A DNA stretch of 64,000 bases, taken from Patescibacteria group bacterium. Its GTDB lineage: Bacteria; Patescibacteriota; Microgenomatia; UBA1400; PJMF01. Shown here one piece after another: positions 41,187 to 50,926 of the stretch. The notes below the pieces were generated by a model. That model worked only from the letters and a program-made list of their open reading frames with translations. It made no database searches and was not told the DNA's origin. Made by a program: the position numbers and the translations under genes. How positions within the stretch are numbered: the first letter of the stretch is position 1; each line of letters begins with the position of its first letter. The DNA lies in NCBI GenBank assembly GCA_041747555.1, contig JBGTEY010000007.1, forward strand, positions 11,426-75,425, given 5' to 3'.

Positions 41187-41795
41187 ATGGCTCGATACAC
41201 AGGACCAAAAAACAAGCTCGCACGAAAAATCGGTGAAGATCTTGGACTCAAGACAAACGCACTGAAGGTTGCGCGTCGATTAATGGTTCGACCCGGTCAG
41301 CATGGTATGCGCGGTCGAAGAAAATTATCTGACTTCGGTATTCAGCTCAAAGAAAAGCAAAAAATTAAATATATTTATGGAATTTTAGAGAATCAATTGA
41401 GAAGACAGTACGATGCTGCGAGCAAGAATCCAGCAGCTACAGGCTCGGTACTTTTGAGTCTTCTTGAACGACGACTCGACAACGCGGTGTATAGGGCAGG
41501 ATGGACCAATACACGAGCTCAGGCTCGTCAATTAGTCGGTCACGGTCATGTACAAGTAAACGGTAAGAAAATGGATGTCCCATCATACAGAACACAAGTT
41601 GAAGATGTAATCACACTCAGCAATAAAGCAGTTAAGATTCCGTATGTCGCTGATTTACTTAAGGAAGATGATAAAAATTTGCCATCTTGGATTGAACGAA
41701 AAAGTGGCGTCGCTAAAATAACACGATTACCAGTCAGAGACGACGTGACTGAAACAATCGAGGAACAACTAGTCGTCGAGTATTATAGTCGGTAG
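41187..41795 (+). CDS. rpsD: 30S ribosomal protein S4
   Basis: MARYTGPKNKLARKIGEDLGLK; 202 aa, with an S4 domain. Confidence 0.97.
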   Translation: MARYTGPKNKLARKIGEDLGLKTNALKVARRLMVRPGQHGMRGRRKLSDFGIQLKEKQKIKYIYGILENQLRRQYDAASKNPAATGSVLLSLLERRLDNAVYRAGWTNTRAQARQLVGHGHVQVNGKKMDVPSYRTQVEDVITLSNKAVKIPYVADLLKEDDKNLPSWIERKSGVAKITRLPVRDDVTETIEEQLVVEYYSR

Positions 41796-41817
41796 TAGAT
41801 AGTAGTAAAAATAGTAA

Positions 41818-41838
41818 GCGCGTGCCGCAGGCACGCAC
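41818..41838 (+). other. Short GC hairpin between rpsD and rpoA with no U-tract. Possible processing or attenuation site.
   Basis: GCGTGCCgcaGGCACGC. Confidence 0.25.
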
Positions 41839-41892
41839 CCACTAGTAACGGATTCCTGAAAATCAGGGAGATGAAACAAGGAGGAACAATAT

Positions 41893-42840
41893 ATGGCAAG
41901 AGACATAACTCTATACCCGGTGATGACACCAACCTTTGAAGTAACCGCAGAAGCTGGCGCAACCCCTACGGTCGCAACAATTTCTATGGAACCACTTGAG
42001 CAAGGATATGGTCATACAGTAGGAAACGCGCTTCGACGCGTACTGCTTTCATCACTTCCAGGTTCAGCAATCACAGAAGTTCACATTGATGGAGCAGATC
42101 ATCTTTACTCAACACTCGATGGAATGAAGGAAGATGTGCTTGAGCTCGTACTCAACCTCAAATTGGTTCGCGTACATGCAGAAACAGAAGAAGAGGGCAC
42201 ACTCCGATTGCAAGCAAAAGGTCCTGGAGTTGTAACGGCTAGCAGCATTGAATGTGGTGCAGGCTATAGCATCGTTAACCCAGATCAACACATCGCCACC
42301 CTAGAAAAAGGCTCTAATCTTGATATCACCATGACTGTCAGTTCTGGAGTTGGATACATGGTTGTTGGTGATGAAAAATCATCCCAAGTTGGTCAGATTA
42401 AAGTTGATGCATTGTTTTCACCAGTCGAAAAGGTTTCTTACAGAGTTGAGGCAACTCGTGTTGGAAGAAGAACAGACTATGATAAACTGGTTCTCGAAAT
42501 TCAAACCGATGGTACTATTGAACCACTCGAAGCAGTTAGACAAGCAGCACAGATTTTGCAGAGACAATTTAGTCAAATTGTGAATCCAGTTATCCCCGTT
42601 ACAGAAGAGCCAGAAGTATCTTTGAGTCCAGAAGAGGCAGAAGTACTTCGACTTACCGTAGAAGAGCTTGATTTACCAACCAGAATTGCTAACGCACTTC
42701 GAAAAGGTGGATTCAAGACAGTCGGAGATTTGGTTACCACAAGTCGATCGGTTGTTTCTAAAGTCAAGAATCTTGGTGGTAAAAGTGTAGAAGTTATTGA
42801 CGAAGCGCTTCAGAAAAAAGGCGTCAGTCTTTCTGAGTAA
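41893..42840 (+). CDS. rpoA: DNA-directed RNA polymerase subunit alpha
   Basis: 315 aa. The N-terminal domain has EPLEQGYGHTVGNALRRVLLSSLPGSAITEV. The C-terminal domain has LDLPTRIANALRKGGFKTVGDLV. Confidence 0.97.
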   Translation: MARDITLYPVMTPTFEVTAEAGATPTVATISMEPLEQGYGHTVGNALRRVLLSSLPGSAITEVHIDGADHLYSTLDGMKEDVLELVLNLKLVRVHAETEEEGTLRLQAKGPGVVTASSIECGAGYSIVNPDQHIATLEKGSNLDITMTVSSGVGYMVVGDEKSSQVGQIKVDALFSPVEKVSYRVEATRVGRRTDYDKLVLEIQTDGTIEPLEAVRQAAQILQRQFSQIVNPVIPVTEEPEVSLSPEEAEVLRLTVEELDLPTRIANALRKGGFKTVGDLVTTSRSVVSKVKNLGGKSVEVIDEALQKKGVSLSE

Positions 42841-42843
42841 ATC

Positions 42844-43446
42844 ATGAGACACAGAATAGCAGGTAAAAAATTTAATCGAGACACGAACGCGCGCAAGAAT
42901 TTGCTCAGCGGGTTGGTGAGAAGTCTTGTTGAGCACGGTAAAATCGTGACTACACAAGCGAAAGCCAAAGAAGTGAAGCGTCTCACAGATAAACTCGTCT
43001 CAATTGCACAGCGGGATGACAATGTCGCTGCACGCAGACTCCTCCACCGTTTCTTTGGAAAGAGAGACGTGGTAAATACCTTGGTTGATCGAATTGCACC
43101 GCTCTTTACCGACAGAGTTTCTGGTTTTACTACCATTAAATCTGCGGGAGTCAGACGTGGTGACAACACCGCACTGTTTCAGCTCAGCTTTATAAAAATG
43201 CCAGAAGTAACTGGAGTTCTGAAAGCACCGGCCAGCGTCAAAGAAGCAGCCGCTGCATCGAGAGCAACTGGTGCCAAGAAATCTTCAAAGGCTGCGCCAA
43301 AAGCAACCAAAAAAGATTCGGTAGAAAAAACTGCTCCAGCAGCAAAAAAAGTCGAAGCCAAACCAAAAAAAGCAGCTCCAAAAAAGACTGCACCAAAACC
43401 AGCAGCAAAGAAGAAATCGGCACCCAAAAAGGAAGCTAAGAAGTAA
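42844..43446 (+). CDS. rplQ: 50S ribosomal protein L17, with an Ala/Lys-rich histone-H1-like C-terminal extension
   Basis: MRHRIAGKKFNRDTNARKNL core. Tail AAKKVEAKPKKAAPKKTAPKPAAKKKSAPKKEAKK. Confidence 0.95.
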   Translation: MRHRIAGKKFNRDTNARKNLLSGLVRSLVEHGKIVTTQAKAKEVKRLTDKLVSIAQRDDNVAARRLLHRFFGKRDVVNTLVDRIAPLFTDRVSGFTTIKSAGVRRGDNTALFQLSFIKMPEVTGVLKAPASVKEAAAASRATGAKKSSKAAPKATKKDSVEKTAPAAKKVEAKPKKAAPKKTAPKPAAKKKSAPKKEAKK

Positions 43447-43449
43447 ATC

Positions 43450-43893
43450 ATGCAAAAAACGTATCAACAGAAAACAAGTGAAGTGGTGAGAGCATGGCAT
43501 ATGATTGATGCAAAAGGCCAAATTCTCGGTAGAGTAGCAACAGAAATTGCCAAACACTTAATCGGCAAGCATAAACCCACCTACACTCCTCATATTGATG
43601 CAGGGGATTATGTTGTAGTGCTTAACGCTGCAGACATTACGGTCACCGGAAACAAAGCAACCCAAAAACAATACTTCCGTCACTCTGGATATCCAGGTGC
43701 ACTCAAGGGAGAAAATTTCGAAGAATTGCTTGAAAGACAACCAACTAAAATTATTGAGAAAGCGGTATATAATATGCTTCCTAAGAACAAACTTAGAAGT
43801 GATCGTATGGCCCGACTCAAGATTTATGCTGACGATCAACACAAGCACTCAAGCCAATTGGGAAATACATCTACAACACCTGAGGCAGAATAA
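43450..43893 (+). CDS. rplM: 50S ribosomal protein L13
   Basis: VVRAWHMIDAKGQILGRVATEIAKHLIGKHKPTYTPHIDAGDYVVVLNA. Confidence 0.97.
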   Translation: MQKTYQQKTSEVVRAWHMIDAKGQILGRVATEIAKHLIGKHKPTYTPHIDAGDYVVVLNAADITVTGNKATQKQYFRHSGYPGALKGENFEELLERQPTKIIEKAVYNMLPKNKLRSDRMARLKIYADDQHKHSSQLGNTSTTPEAE

Positions 43894-43901
43894 GGATCAC
43901 T

Positions 43902-44417
43902 ATGGCACTTAAACTAAGCAAAAAGAATAAAAAAGTCAAAAAAATAATCAAAAAAGCCAATACCTCGCAGCGACAAGCTCGAGCTCATGAGGCAGATCCA
44001 TTGGCAAATCTTAATGTGCCAACCGGTACTTACACTGGTGCAGTTGGACGACGTAAAGTTGCTACCGCTCGAGTCAGAATCTATGAATCCGAAGGTGATT
44101 TTATTGTGAACAACCAGCTGGCTCGTGATTATTTTGACACCATCCCACATGCTGCAGTTCGATACATGGAACCATTCGTAGTTACAGAGACTAAAGGTAA
44201 ATTCTCTGTCAGAGTCACGGTCAATGGATCAGGAATGTCTGCACAGCTCGATGCCATGGTACATGGAATTGCTCGTGCATTAATCGCTTTTGACCCAGAT
44301 TTGAGACCTTCTCTCAAAGAAAAAGGTCTTCTCACCAGAGACGATCGCATGAAAGAAACACGAAAAATCGGTACGGGTGGAAAAGCTCGACGCAAGAGAC
44401 AGTCACCAAAACGATAA
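43902..44417 (+). CDS. rpsI: 30S ribosomal protein S9, with a Lys-rich N-terminal extension
   Basis: GRRKVATARVRIYESEGDFIVNNQ ... C-terminal GGKARRKRQSPKR. 171 aa. Confidence 0.95.
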   Translation: MALKLSKKNKKVKKIIKKANTSQRQARAHEADPLANLNVPTGTYTGAVGRRKVATARVRIYESEGDFIVNNQLARDYFDTIPHAAVRYMEPFVVTETKGKFSVRVTVNGSGMSAQLDAMVHGIARALIAFDPDLRPSLKEKGLLTRDDRMKETRKIGTGGKARRKRQSPKR

Positions 44418-44461
44418 TCTGGCCAGAAATTCTTTTATTTTTTCAGTTTTTGAAACTTTTT

Positions 44462-45259
44462 TTAAGAGCTTGCACTTGAGTATTGTTTGAGTCCCCATTT
44501 CCATAGCCAGAGACTGCCTAGGAGGGATCCAACACCGACTCCAAACGCGAGCAAAATGCTGTAAGAGGGTGTGACATTCATCAATACTTCAGCCGGTACC
44601 GTCACCATCATTCCAACAGGAATTAAGAAAAAAAGTGCAAGTCTAATCGGCTCAAGATAGACGCTCACGGGGAATCTCGCTAGTTGCATCATGTCTCGAT
44701 ACAGCCAAATTACCCCATCTACCTCTGTAGTCAAAATTCCTACAACTAGCACTACAATATGGAGTGAAGTAGCAATGAGCAAGCTATTAAACATGAGAAC
44801 ACCAAACAAAAAAAGTGAGACTGGGGTCAGTGTTACCGTGAGTTGAGAAATAATCCACGCACACGCCGCTACGGTTGGAATTAAGAAGAGCGCATCATTG
44901 ACATCTGGTTTTCCAGTGAGCGCTTGAAACAATGGACTGATTGGTTTTGCTAAATAAAAATCAAAGTTCCCATCGCGTACTAAATTGCTAAATAAATAGA
45001 CACCCCGATAAAAAATTTGTGCGATTGTATCAACGATCGTATATGTCAGGAAAAATACCACCAACTGATCAGTCGTATACCCCTGAAAGCTTGTAACATT
45101 TTCTTTAATAATATAGAGAAACACCAGCGTCATGATAAATCGAATAGTTTTACCAAGCATAAACAGCAGATTTGATCCACGGTTCACAAACGCTTCCTGA
45201 AAAGCGTTAATGGCAGTTATTGACCACACGGTCCAGTATTTTTTGAGTGTTTTAATCAT
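44462..45259 (-). CDS. ABC-2 family transporter permease, type A copy 1
   Basis: 6-TM permease ending GLKQYSSASS. Paralogous to 47132..47932. Confidence 0.75.
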   Translation of the reverse strand: MIKTLKKYWTVWSITAINAFQEAFVNRGSNLLFMLGKTIRFIMTLVFLYIIKENVTSFQGYTTDQLVVFFLTYTIVDTIAQIFYRGVYLFSNLVRDGNFDFYLAKPISPLFQALTGKPDVNDALFLIPTVAACAWIISQLTVTLTPVSLFLFGVLMFNSLLIATSLHIVVLVVGILTTEVDGVIWLYRDMMQLARFPVSVYLEPIRLALFFLIPVGMMVTVPAEVLMNVTPSYSILLAFGVGVGSLLGSLWLWKWGLKQYSSASS

Positions 45260-45260
45260 G

Positions 45261-46052
45261 TTAGTGACCTGCGGAGCTGTAGTTCTTGATACCCTTTTTC
45301 CAAATATACCAGACCATGAGCCAAAGTATCGCGATCCAGAATGAAAGTGTCATTGTGTGTTGAAGTGCGGTTGTGGTATCGAATCGTTCTAAAAATACTT
45401 GCGTCGGTACAAAGGTGAAGAATGGCAATGGCGTCAGAAAAATAATCTTTTGAATAAATTCTGGGAAAATATCAAGCGGAAATAGCTTGCCAGCGGTGAA
45501 ATCTACGATCATAAAGAAGATAAATCGGGGTCCCCACGTATCAGGACTCCAAAAACCAATCGCACCAAAGAGCAATGTAATCAAAAAATTAAGCACAATC
45601 GCACCGCCTGTGAGTAGCAAAAAAAATAAGCCATTGATCAGTGAAGGCAGTACTAATTGTGGCAGAAACAGAAAGTACAGTGCTAACGATTCAAGAATCA
45701 GAAAAAAGAAATTTTTTAGTTTATCAGCGGCTTCTTGTGACGCTAAGTATCCATACATGTTAACGGGTTTGAGTAGCTGATTGCTAAATTCCCCAGAGTA
45801 AATAGTATTTGCTAATCCCATCAGTGCCGATGACAGTACCACAGACTGCAGCATGCTTGCCAAAAAAACGTACGTAATCATCGAACTTTGGGTGTAGCCA
45901 AGTGTATCGGTAGTGCCTTGGTAAATGACTTGCCAAACGGTGAGTGCCATCAGGGTACTCATCAGTTGTCGAAACCGCCATAATAGCACACTGGTGCGGT
46001 AGACCAACCCATTTTGCCAGTTAATCAGGAAGAGATTTGCGTACTTTCGCAT
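45261..46052 (-). CDS. ABC-2 family transporter permease, type B copy 1
   Basis: 6-TM permease beginning MRKYANLFLINWQNGLVYR. Paralogous to 47929..48711. Confidence 0.75.
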   Translation of the reverse strand: MRKYANLFLINWQNGLVYRTSVLLWRFRQLMSTLMALTVWQVIYQGTTDTLGYTQSSMITYVFLASMLQSVVLSSALMGLANTIYSGEFSNQLLKPVNMYGYLASQEAADKLKNFFFLILESLALYFLFLPQLVLPSLINGLFFLLLTGGAIVLNFLITLLFGAIGFWSPDTWGPRFIFFMIVDFTAGKLFPLDIFPEFIQKIIFLTPLPFFTFVPTQVFLERFDTTTALQHTMTLSFWIAILWLMVWYIWKKGIKNYSSAGH

Positions 46053-46058
46053 TACGTA

Positions 46059-47078
46059 TTATTTTGCTTTCGAACCATTTACGCCATCACTACTAGAAAA
46101 GACTTCTCTAATGATTGCTTCAATAGGGGGTTCTTCAATATTGAGGTCTTGCACGGGGAGTTTTTTGAGCAAATTACCCGCAACTTTGGTTGCGTCAGTT
46201 CGGTCTACCAGGAGAGTTGCGGTATATGCAGATCCATCTTCTGTAAATTCCTTGATAATCCCAAAAGGCTTAAGATCAGTTTTGGTGACTGGTTTGCTAA
46301 AGACTACAGATAAAATTTTATTGCGTGCGTAACGATCGATAATGTCTTGGAGTGCGCCGTCAAAAATTTTATGGCCTGTGTCTATAATAATGGCACGCTT
46401 GCAGAGTTCTTTGACATCATCCATGTAGTGACTGGTGAGAATAATTGTTGCATTAAATTCTTTATTGTACTGTTTGATAAAGTCACGGAGTGTTTTTTGC
46501 ATAATCACGTCAAGACCGATCGTTGGTTCATCGAGGAATAACACTTGAGGGTTGTGAAGGAGTGCGGCAATTAGTTCGCACTTCATGCGCTGGCCAAGTG
46601 AAAGTTTGCGGACTTGGACGTTGAGTACTTCAGATACATCGAGTAAATTGACGAGCTTGTCGAGTGTTTTCTTAAACACTGAATCAGGGACTTCGTAAAT
46701 AGCTTTATTGAGTAAAAAAGTCTCCATAGCAGGCAAATCCCACCAGAGTTGGTTTTTTTGACCCATGACTAATGAAAATTGCTTTTGAAATGCTGCCTGG
46801 CGATCCCAAGGATTGTAGCCAAGTACGCTCACCTCACCTGCGGTGGGATAGAGAAGGCCTGACAAGACTTTGAGTGTGGTGGTTTTGCCGGCGCCATTTT
46901 GACCGATAAATCCGACGACTTCACCGGGTTCGATTTCAAAAGAAATGTCGTCTACTGCTTTGACCGTTTCGTATTTCCTGTTCCAGAGTGAGGTGATAGA
47001 ACCCATGAGTCCCGGTTGTTTTTGATAGACCTCATAGTACTTCTTGAGATTTTTGACAGAGATAGCTGAAGATGACAT
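46059..47078 (-). CDS. ABC transporter ATP-binding protein, with a ~100-aa C-terminal extension
   Basis: Walker A GQNGAGKTTTLKVLSG. Signature LSLGQRMKCEL. Walker B VLFLDEPTIGLD. 339 aa. Confidence 0.9.
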   Translation of the reverse strand: MSSSAISVKNLKKYYEVYQKQPGLMGSITSLWNRKYETVKAVDDISFEIEPGEVVGFIGQNGAGKTTTLKVLSGLLYPTAGEVSVLGYNPWDRQAAFQKQFSLVMGQKNQLWWDLPAMETFLLNKAIYEVPDSVFKKTLDKLVNLLDVSEVLNVQVRKLSLGQRMKCELIAALLHNPQVLFLDEPTIGLDVIMQKTLRDFIKQYNKEFNATIILTSHYMDDVKELCKRAIIIDTGHKIFDGALQDIIDRYARNKILSVVFSKPVTKTDLKPFGIIKEFTEDGSAYTATLLVDRTDATKVAGNLLKKLPVQDLNIEEPPIEAIIREVFSSSDGVNGSKAK

Positions 47079-47131
47079 AGGTTTTTATTGTACCACTACT
47101 GATCGCATGCGAACGTTTGATCTGAAAGTAA

Positions 47132-47932
47132 TTAAGAGCTAGCAGAGCTATAGTGTTTAAGGCCTTCCTTCCAGGCTTTTTGATTGATAAAAAAAAGAAT
47201 TACCATGAGTAAAATTTCACTCGGGAGAAACCACCAGATCTCCTTGCCCAGCAAAAAAGAAGTGGGCACATAGCCAAAAAATGCAATTGGAATTAAAGTA
47301 AATGCAAACCACCGCAAACTGACCGGAAAAATTGATGTGGGGTATTGGGCAAAGTCTGAAGTTTTGTCAAAAAATTCAATCACTTGTGAGGCGCGAGTCA
47401 TTTTAAAACCCAGCGTCATAAGTGTGGAGCTTGATAAATACATAAGTATTAGTCCAAGCGTAAATGAAACCGCAAATAACAGCACACTCTGTAGTGTAAA
47501 AAGCTCTTGCATCACCCAAACTTGCCTCACAAAAAATACAGTGATTGCTGCTAGAAGTGGTAATTGTTGTACGTCAGGTTTGCTAAAGGTGACGATGAAC
47601 TGAGTGTTGACCGGTTTGGTCAGCATCATGTCCAGATCACCTCTGCGTAAACCTTCCCACAAAAAGTGGCGCACTCCTTTGAGAAAAACCACGATTCCAA
47701 TGACATAGAGTAGTTGAAATGAAAGGAAAAGGAGCACTCCTTCAGTTTTTGACCAACCACCAAGCTCCCCAGCGCGATCAAATGCAAGAGATAGAATGCC
47801 GTACATCATCCCTACATATGCCGGTCCATGCAGAATTTGTAAGATAAAATTTAGTCGATATTCCATAAGGGACTTGGTGCTGAAAACGAAAAAATTCCAT
47901 GCAAGTGACGTATAGCGGGTAATTTTTCTCAT
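47132..47932 (-). CDS. ABC-2 family transporter permease, type A copy 2
   Basis: Ends GLKHYSSASS, the same C-terminal motif as 44462..45259. Confidence 0.75.
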   Translation of the reverse strand: MRKITRYTSLAWNFFVFSTKSLMEYRLNFILQILHGPAYVGMMYGILSLAFDRAGELGGWSKTEGVLLFLSFQLLYVIGIVVFLKGVRHFLWEGLRRGDLDMMLTKPVNTQFIVTFSKPDVQQLPLLAAITVFFVRQVWVMQELFTLQSVLLFAVSFTLGLILMYLSSSTLMTLGFKMTRASQVIEFFDKTSDFAQYPTSIFPVSLRWFAFTLIPIAFFGYVPTSFLLGKEIWWFLPSEILLMVILFFINQKAWKEGLKHYSSASS

Positions 47933-48711
47933 AATCCAGTGCCCTCAAAGTGCCTCAATCCTTGACGCCATATAAATGATCTAAGGAGGGTGAATACGAT
48001 TAACCAGACAGCTAGAATTCCGAGACTTTGTAAACCAACAGGTACAGTCATTTCACCCTGGAGTAATCTAATTGGGGTAAATGCAAGATGTTGGAATGGT
48101 AGGTAAAATGAAACGTTCTGAAATGCTTCCGGAAAAAATGAAATTGGAATCAGCGTCCCGGCCAAAAAACGATTTGTGCTGGTAAGCGCCCAGCGGAGCG
48201 AATAGATTTCAGTAAACCAAAATGTGAAAATTGAAATTAAACTCAAAAAAGTAAAAGAAAACAGAAAGATCAGGGGCGCAAAGACTGTTGCAAGAAGTAT
48301 GTGCTGCAGTGATGGAGGCGTCCAGGCATTGAGCAAGATGAGAGCGGGTAAAAGTATGACCACCTTCATCAGCGTTTCAACGACAACTTTAGCAGTCTCG
48401 AATGACACATAGTACCCAAGTGGAGAAATTGGTTTAACTAAATATTTGGTGAGATGTCCCAATCGAATGTCGTCCTCGATATACCAAGGATGCATATTTG
48501 AAAGACTATAAAGCATCGCAGAAAACACAAAGTAGGTGATGGTTTCAGATTGTGAGAAGGTACTCCCTGGATTGCTGGATTCAACAGCCAGCCATACAAA
48601 CGTCATCATCAAAACCATGCCAGCGTACTTAAAGGTACTCAAAAACAAGTCTGCGCGATACGTTAGTACATCCTGAAAACTAGAGAAAAACACCAACCAA
48701 TACTTTTGCAT
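47929..48711 (-). CDS. ABC-2 family transporter permease, type B copy 2
   Basis: Begins MQKYWLVFFSSFQDVLTYR. Overlaps the next gene by 4 nt. Confidence 0.75.
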   Translation of the reverse strand: MQKYWLVFFSSFQDVLTYRADLFLSTFKYAGMVLMMTFVWLAVESSNPGSTFSQSETITYFVFSAMLYSLSNMHPWYIEDDIRLGHLTKYLVKPISPLGYYVSFETAKVVVETLMKVVILLPALILLNAWTPPSLQHILLATVFAPLIFLFSFTFLSLISIFTFWFTEIYSLRWALTSTNRFLAGTLIPISFFPEAFQNVSFYLPFQHLAFTPIRLLQGEMTVPVGLQSLGILAVWLIVFTLLRSFIWRQGLRHFEGTGL

Positions 48712-48815
48712 CAGAAGCGTATTGTACCAGGGAATATCGGGTGGTTGAAACGGTAGGTTGCGTCAGCCACAAAAAACTGCCGTAGCGTTTTTATTGAATA
48801 AGAAAAGCTATAGCT

Positions 48816-49091
48816 TTACCAAACTTTTTTCTTGAGAGGTTTACCTACGCGGAAGTTGACAACTCGGTGGCCTTTGATGATCTGGCGTTTCTTCTCATTG
48901 CCGAACGGTACGACTTCTTTGTCCTTTACACCGCTGACATAAAACGTGCCAAAGCCTGATATGACAACTTTTTCACCCTTTTGGAGGGCTCTGATAATTT
49001 CATCAAAAAGTGCTTCGACTGCTTCAGTGGCTGCACGTTTGGTGAGGTGAGCTTTTTTGGCAACGATGGCGATGAGTTGTGATTTGGTCAT
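48816..49091 (-). CDS. hup: HU-family nucleoid-associated DNA-binding protein
   Basis: 91 aa. MTKSQLIAIVAKKAHLTKRAATEAVEALFDEI ... GFGTFYV ... RVVNFRVGKPLK. Confidence 0.93.
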   Translation of the reverse strand: MTKSQLIAIVAKKAHLTKRAATEAVEALFDEIIRALQKGEKVVISGFGTFYVSGVKDKEVVPFGNEKKRQIIKGHRVVNFRVGKPLKKKVW

Positions 49092-49147
49092 TAATCCTTT
49101 CTAAAAAGATTATGTGCTATTAGTAAAAAAAGACCGTTGAGACTGGC

Positions 49148-49175
49148 ATTATAGCGACTGTGGGTGAGGTGTAAA
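49148..49175 (-). promoter_or_regulatory. Sigma70 promoter for hup (TTTACA-N16-TATAAT on the minus strand)
   Basis: Plus-strand ATTATA at 49148-49153 and TGTAAA at 49170-49175. Confidence 0.5.
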
Positions 49176-49199
49176 GACTCAGTCCACCTGTAATTTGAA

Positions 49200-49634
49200 T
49201 CATCTGCTTGTTTTGAATACGTTTGATCGTATCATAACTGATAGCGATGCACCAATCATGTCATAACCGACGTCGTAGATACTCGCGAATCTACCGGGCG
49301 TGAAAGATTGGTGGTATTCATCTGAAGCTGCATAGAAGAGGCAGATCAAAAGGCTGGTGAGTCCAATTATTTTTGGTTTGAGTGAAGTTGAGATATGTAG
49401 TGCTCGTTGCAAAAGCCAAGCTAGTACAAAGTAGACAAAAATATGTGCTGATTTTTTAAACAGATAATCGAGAGCGGAAACTGACGGGCCAGGGAGCGTT
49501 TGCTGAGAAGAAAGAAAAAATATGAGGGCTGCCCACGCAATTGGGGGGAGGTATGCAGAAAGTATGGTTCTCAAAGATGTTGAGATTAGGATTGGAGAAT
49601 GATTTGAAGATTTGCTAGGTGAGTGTTTCGACAT
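49200..49634 (-). CDS. VanZ-like family membrane protein
   Basis: FKKSAHIFVYFVLAWLL and DEYHQSFTPGRFASIYDV are VanZ signatures. Start taken at the internal M, MSKHSPSK, to avoid a long overlap. Confidence 0.6.
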   Translation of the reverse strand: MSKHSPSKSSNHSPILISTSLRTILSAYLPPIAWAALIFFLSSQQTLPGPSVSALDYLFKKSAHIFVYFVLAWLLQRALHISTSLKPKIIGLTSLLICLFYAASDEYHQSFTPGRFASIYDVGYDMIGASLSVMIRSNVFKTSR

Positions 49635-50838
49635 ATAGGGCTGGCAACGTTTTTTTACGATTTTGAGTTGGTTGATAGAGTAGTATTGCTGCGCTTGCAA
49701 GCAGGAGCGACCCACCAAGTATAACACTTTGGATACCGAGGAGTGAGGGTTCGCGTTTGATCCATATTTTTTCATAAGAAGTAGTTAAATCATCCTGAGT
49801 GAGTGAGTAGCTGTCTGTTGTGGGTGGAGTTAGATGGGCACTATACTTTTGGTAGTCGCGGGCAAAGGTAGATTTTGAGAGTGTTCGAGGGAGCTTGGTA
49901 TCTGACTGGCTGTTTGAACTAGGTGAATCGAAACTATTTCCTGATACTGTGGCAGAACTGGTGGCGACCGAATCAGGGACATGGGTAGTAAAGATTTCTC
50001 CAGTGCACGTTTGGTAGGCAGCTGACGCGATCAACTCAGATTGTGCGGTGTGTACTGCAAAACTGTCTCCGGAGTTATTAAGTAGAGCTCCCGACCAATC
50101 TAGTTTTGTTTTCTGATTAGGAACGAGTGTGCCTGCAAGCGTACGGGTGTTTCCTGATTCATCCGTTATGATCCAGTCATTGAAGGTGTGGAGTGCTGGT
50201 CCAGTATAGTTGAGTGATAGCCATTCCTTTTCACCACTGGGAGGACAAGGATGGTATGAAGTCAGGGAGATTGTTGAAGAATCGAGATTCTGTGAGGCGG
50301 GACTGGGTGTTGGCGATGGAGTGGGTGGTGGTGTTGTTGTCGGAGTTGGTGATGGCGATGGACTGGGAGAAGGAAGAGGTGACGCAAAATGAAATGGGTT
50401 AGGGTCGGTTTCGAAGTAGTTTTCAAAATCAGATGCAGTAAGACTCCAGGTTTTTCCCGGAGTTGAGCCTGAATAGCTCATCGAGGCGACTAGTTGATAT
50501 TCGCTGTTAAAGAGTGTCACACCATCTCCACTGTTATTTAGTTTCGCAGAACTGAGTGACACTACAAAAAATGCATTGGGAGATAGCAGCCACTTATCTG
50601 GCTGAGAGACATCATGCGCAAAATCAAAAATTCGTGCAGGACTTGCCAGATGATCCTCCAGATACCATTCGGTCAGGTCAACGACCTCTGGTCCGCTATT
50701 ATAGAGCTCGACCCATTCAGGTCCGGCTGTGGGTGCGGGGGCTACCTCGGATATAATGATGGCGGCTTGTGCATGATCAACAGCTAGTATCATGAACAAC
50801 GCACAAGCTGTCAGCCAATACAGGATTTTCCAGAGCAT
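49615..50838 (-). CDS. Secreted, membrane-anchored protein with two lamin-tail domains (LTD) separated by a Pro/Ser/Thr linker, and a C-terminal TM helix
   Basis: Signal peptide MLWKILYWLTACALFMILAVDHAQA. First LTD IIISEVAPAPTAGPEWVELYNSGPEVVDLTEWYLED. Linker PSPSPSPSPTPTTTPPPTPSPTPSP. Second LTD-like EKEWLSLNYTGPALHTFNDWIITDESGN. C-terminal TM LLGIQSVILGGSLLLASAAILLY. Confidence 0.65.
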   Translation of the reverse strand: MLWKILYWLTACALFMILAVDHAQAAIIISEVAPAPTAGPEWVELYNSGPEVVDLTEWYLEDHLASPARIFDFAHDVSQPDKWLLSPNAFFVVSLSSAKLNNSGDGVTLFNSEYQLVASMSYSGSTPGKTWSLTASDFENYFETDPNPFHFASPLPSPSPSPSPTPTTTPPPTPSPTPSPASQNLDSSTISLTSYHPCPPSGEKEWLSLNYTGPALHTFNDWIITDESGNTRTLAGTLVPNQKTKLDWSGALLNNSGDSFAVHTAQSELIASAAYQTCTGEIFTTHVPDSVATSSATVSGNSFDSPSSNSQSDTKLPRTLSKSTFARDYQKYSAHLTPPTTDSYSLTQDDLTTSYEKIWIKREPSLLGIQSVILGGSLLLASAAILLYQPTQNRKKTLPALYVETLT

Positions 50839-50926
50839 GTGCTGAGTATGACAAGGAATTCTTACACTCAGCTGACAGTAACTAAAAATGAGCGCTTCTA
50901 TCCGGAAGTGTGAGTATAAAGAAAAT

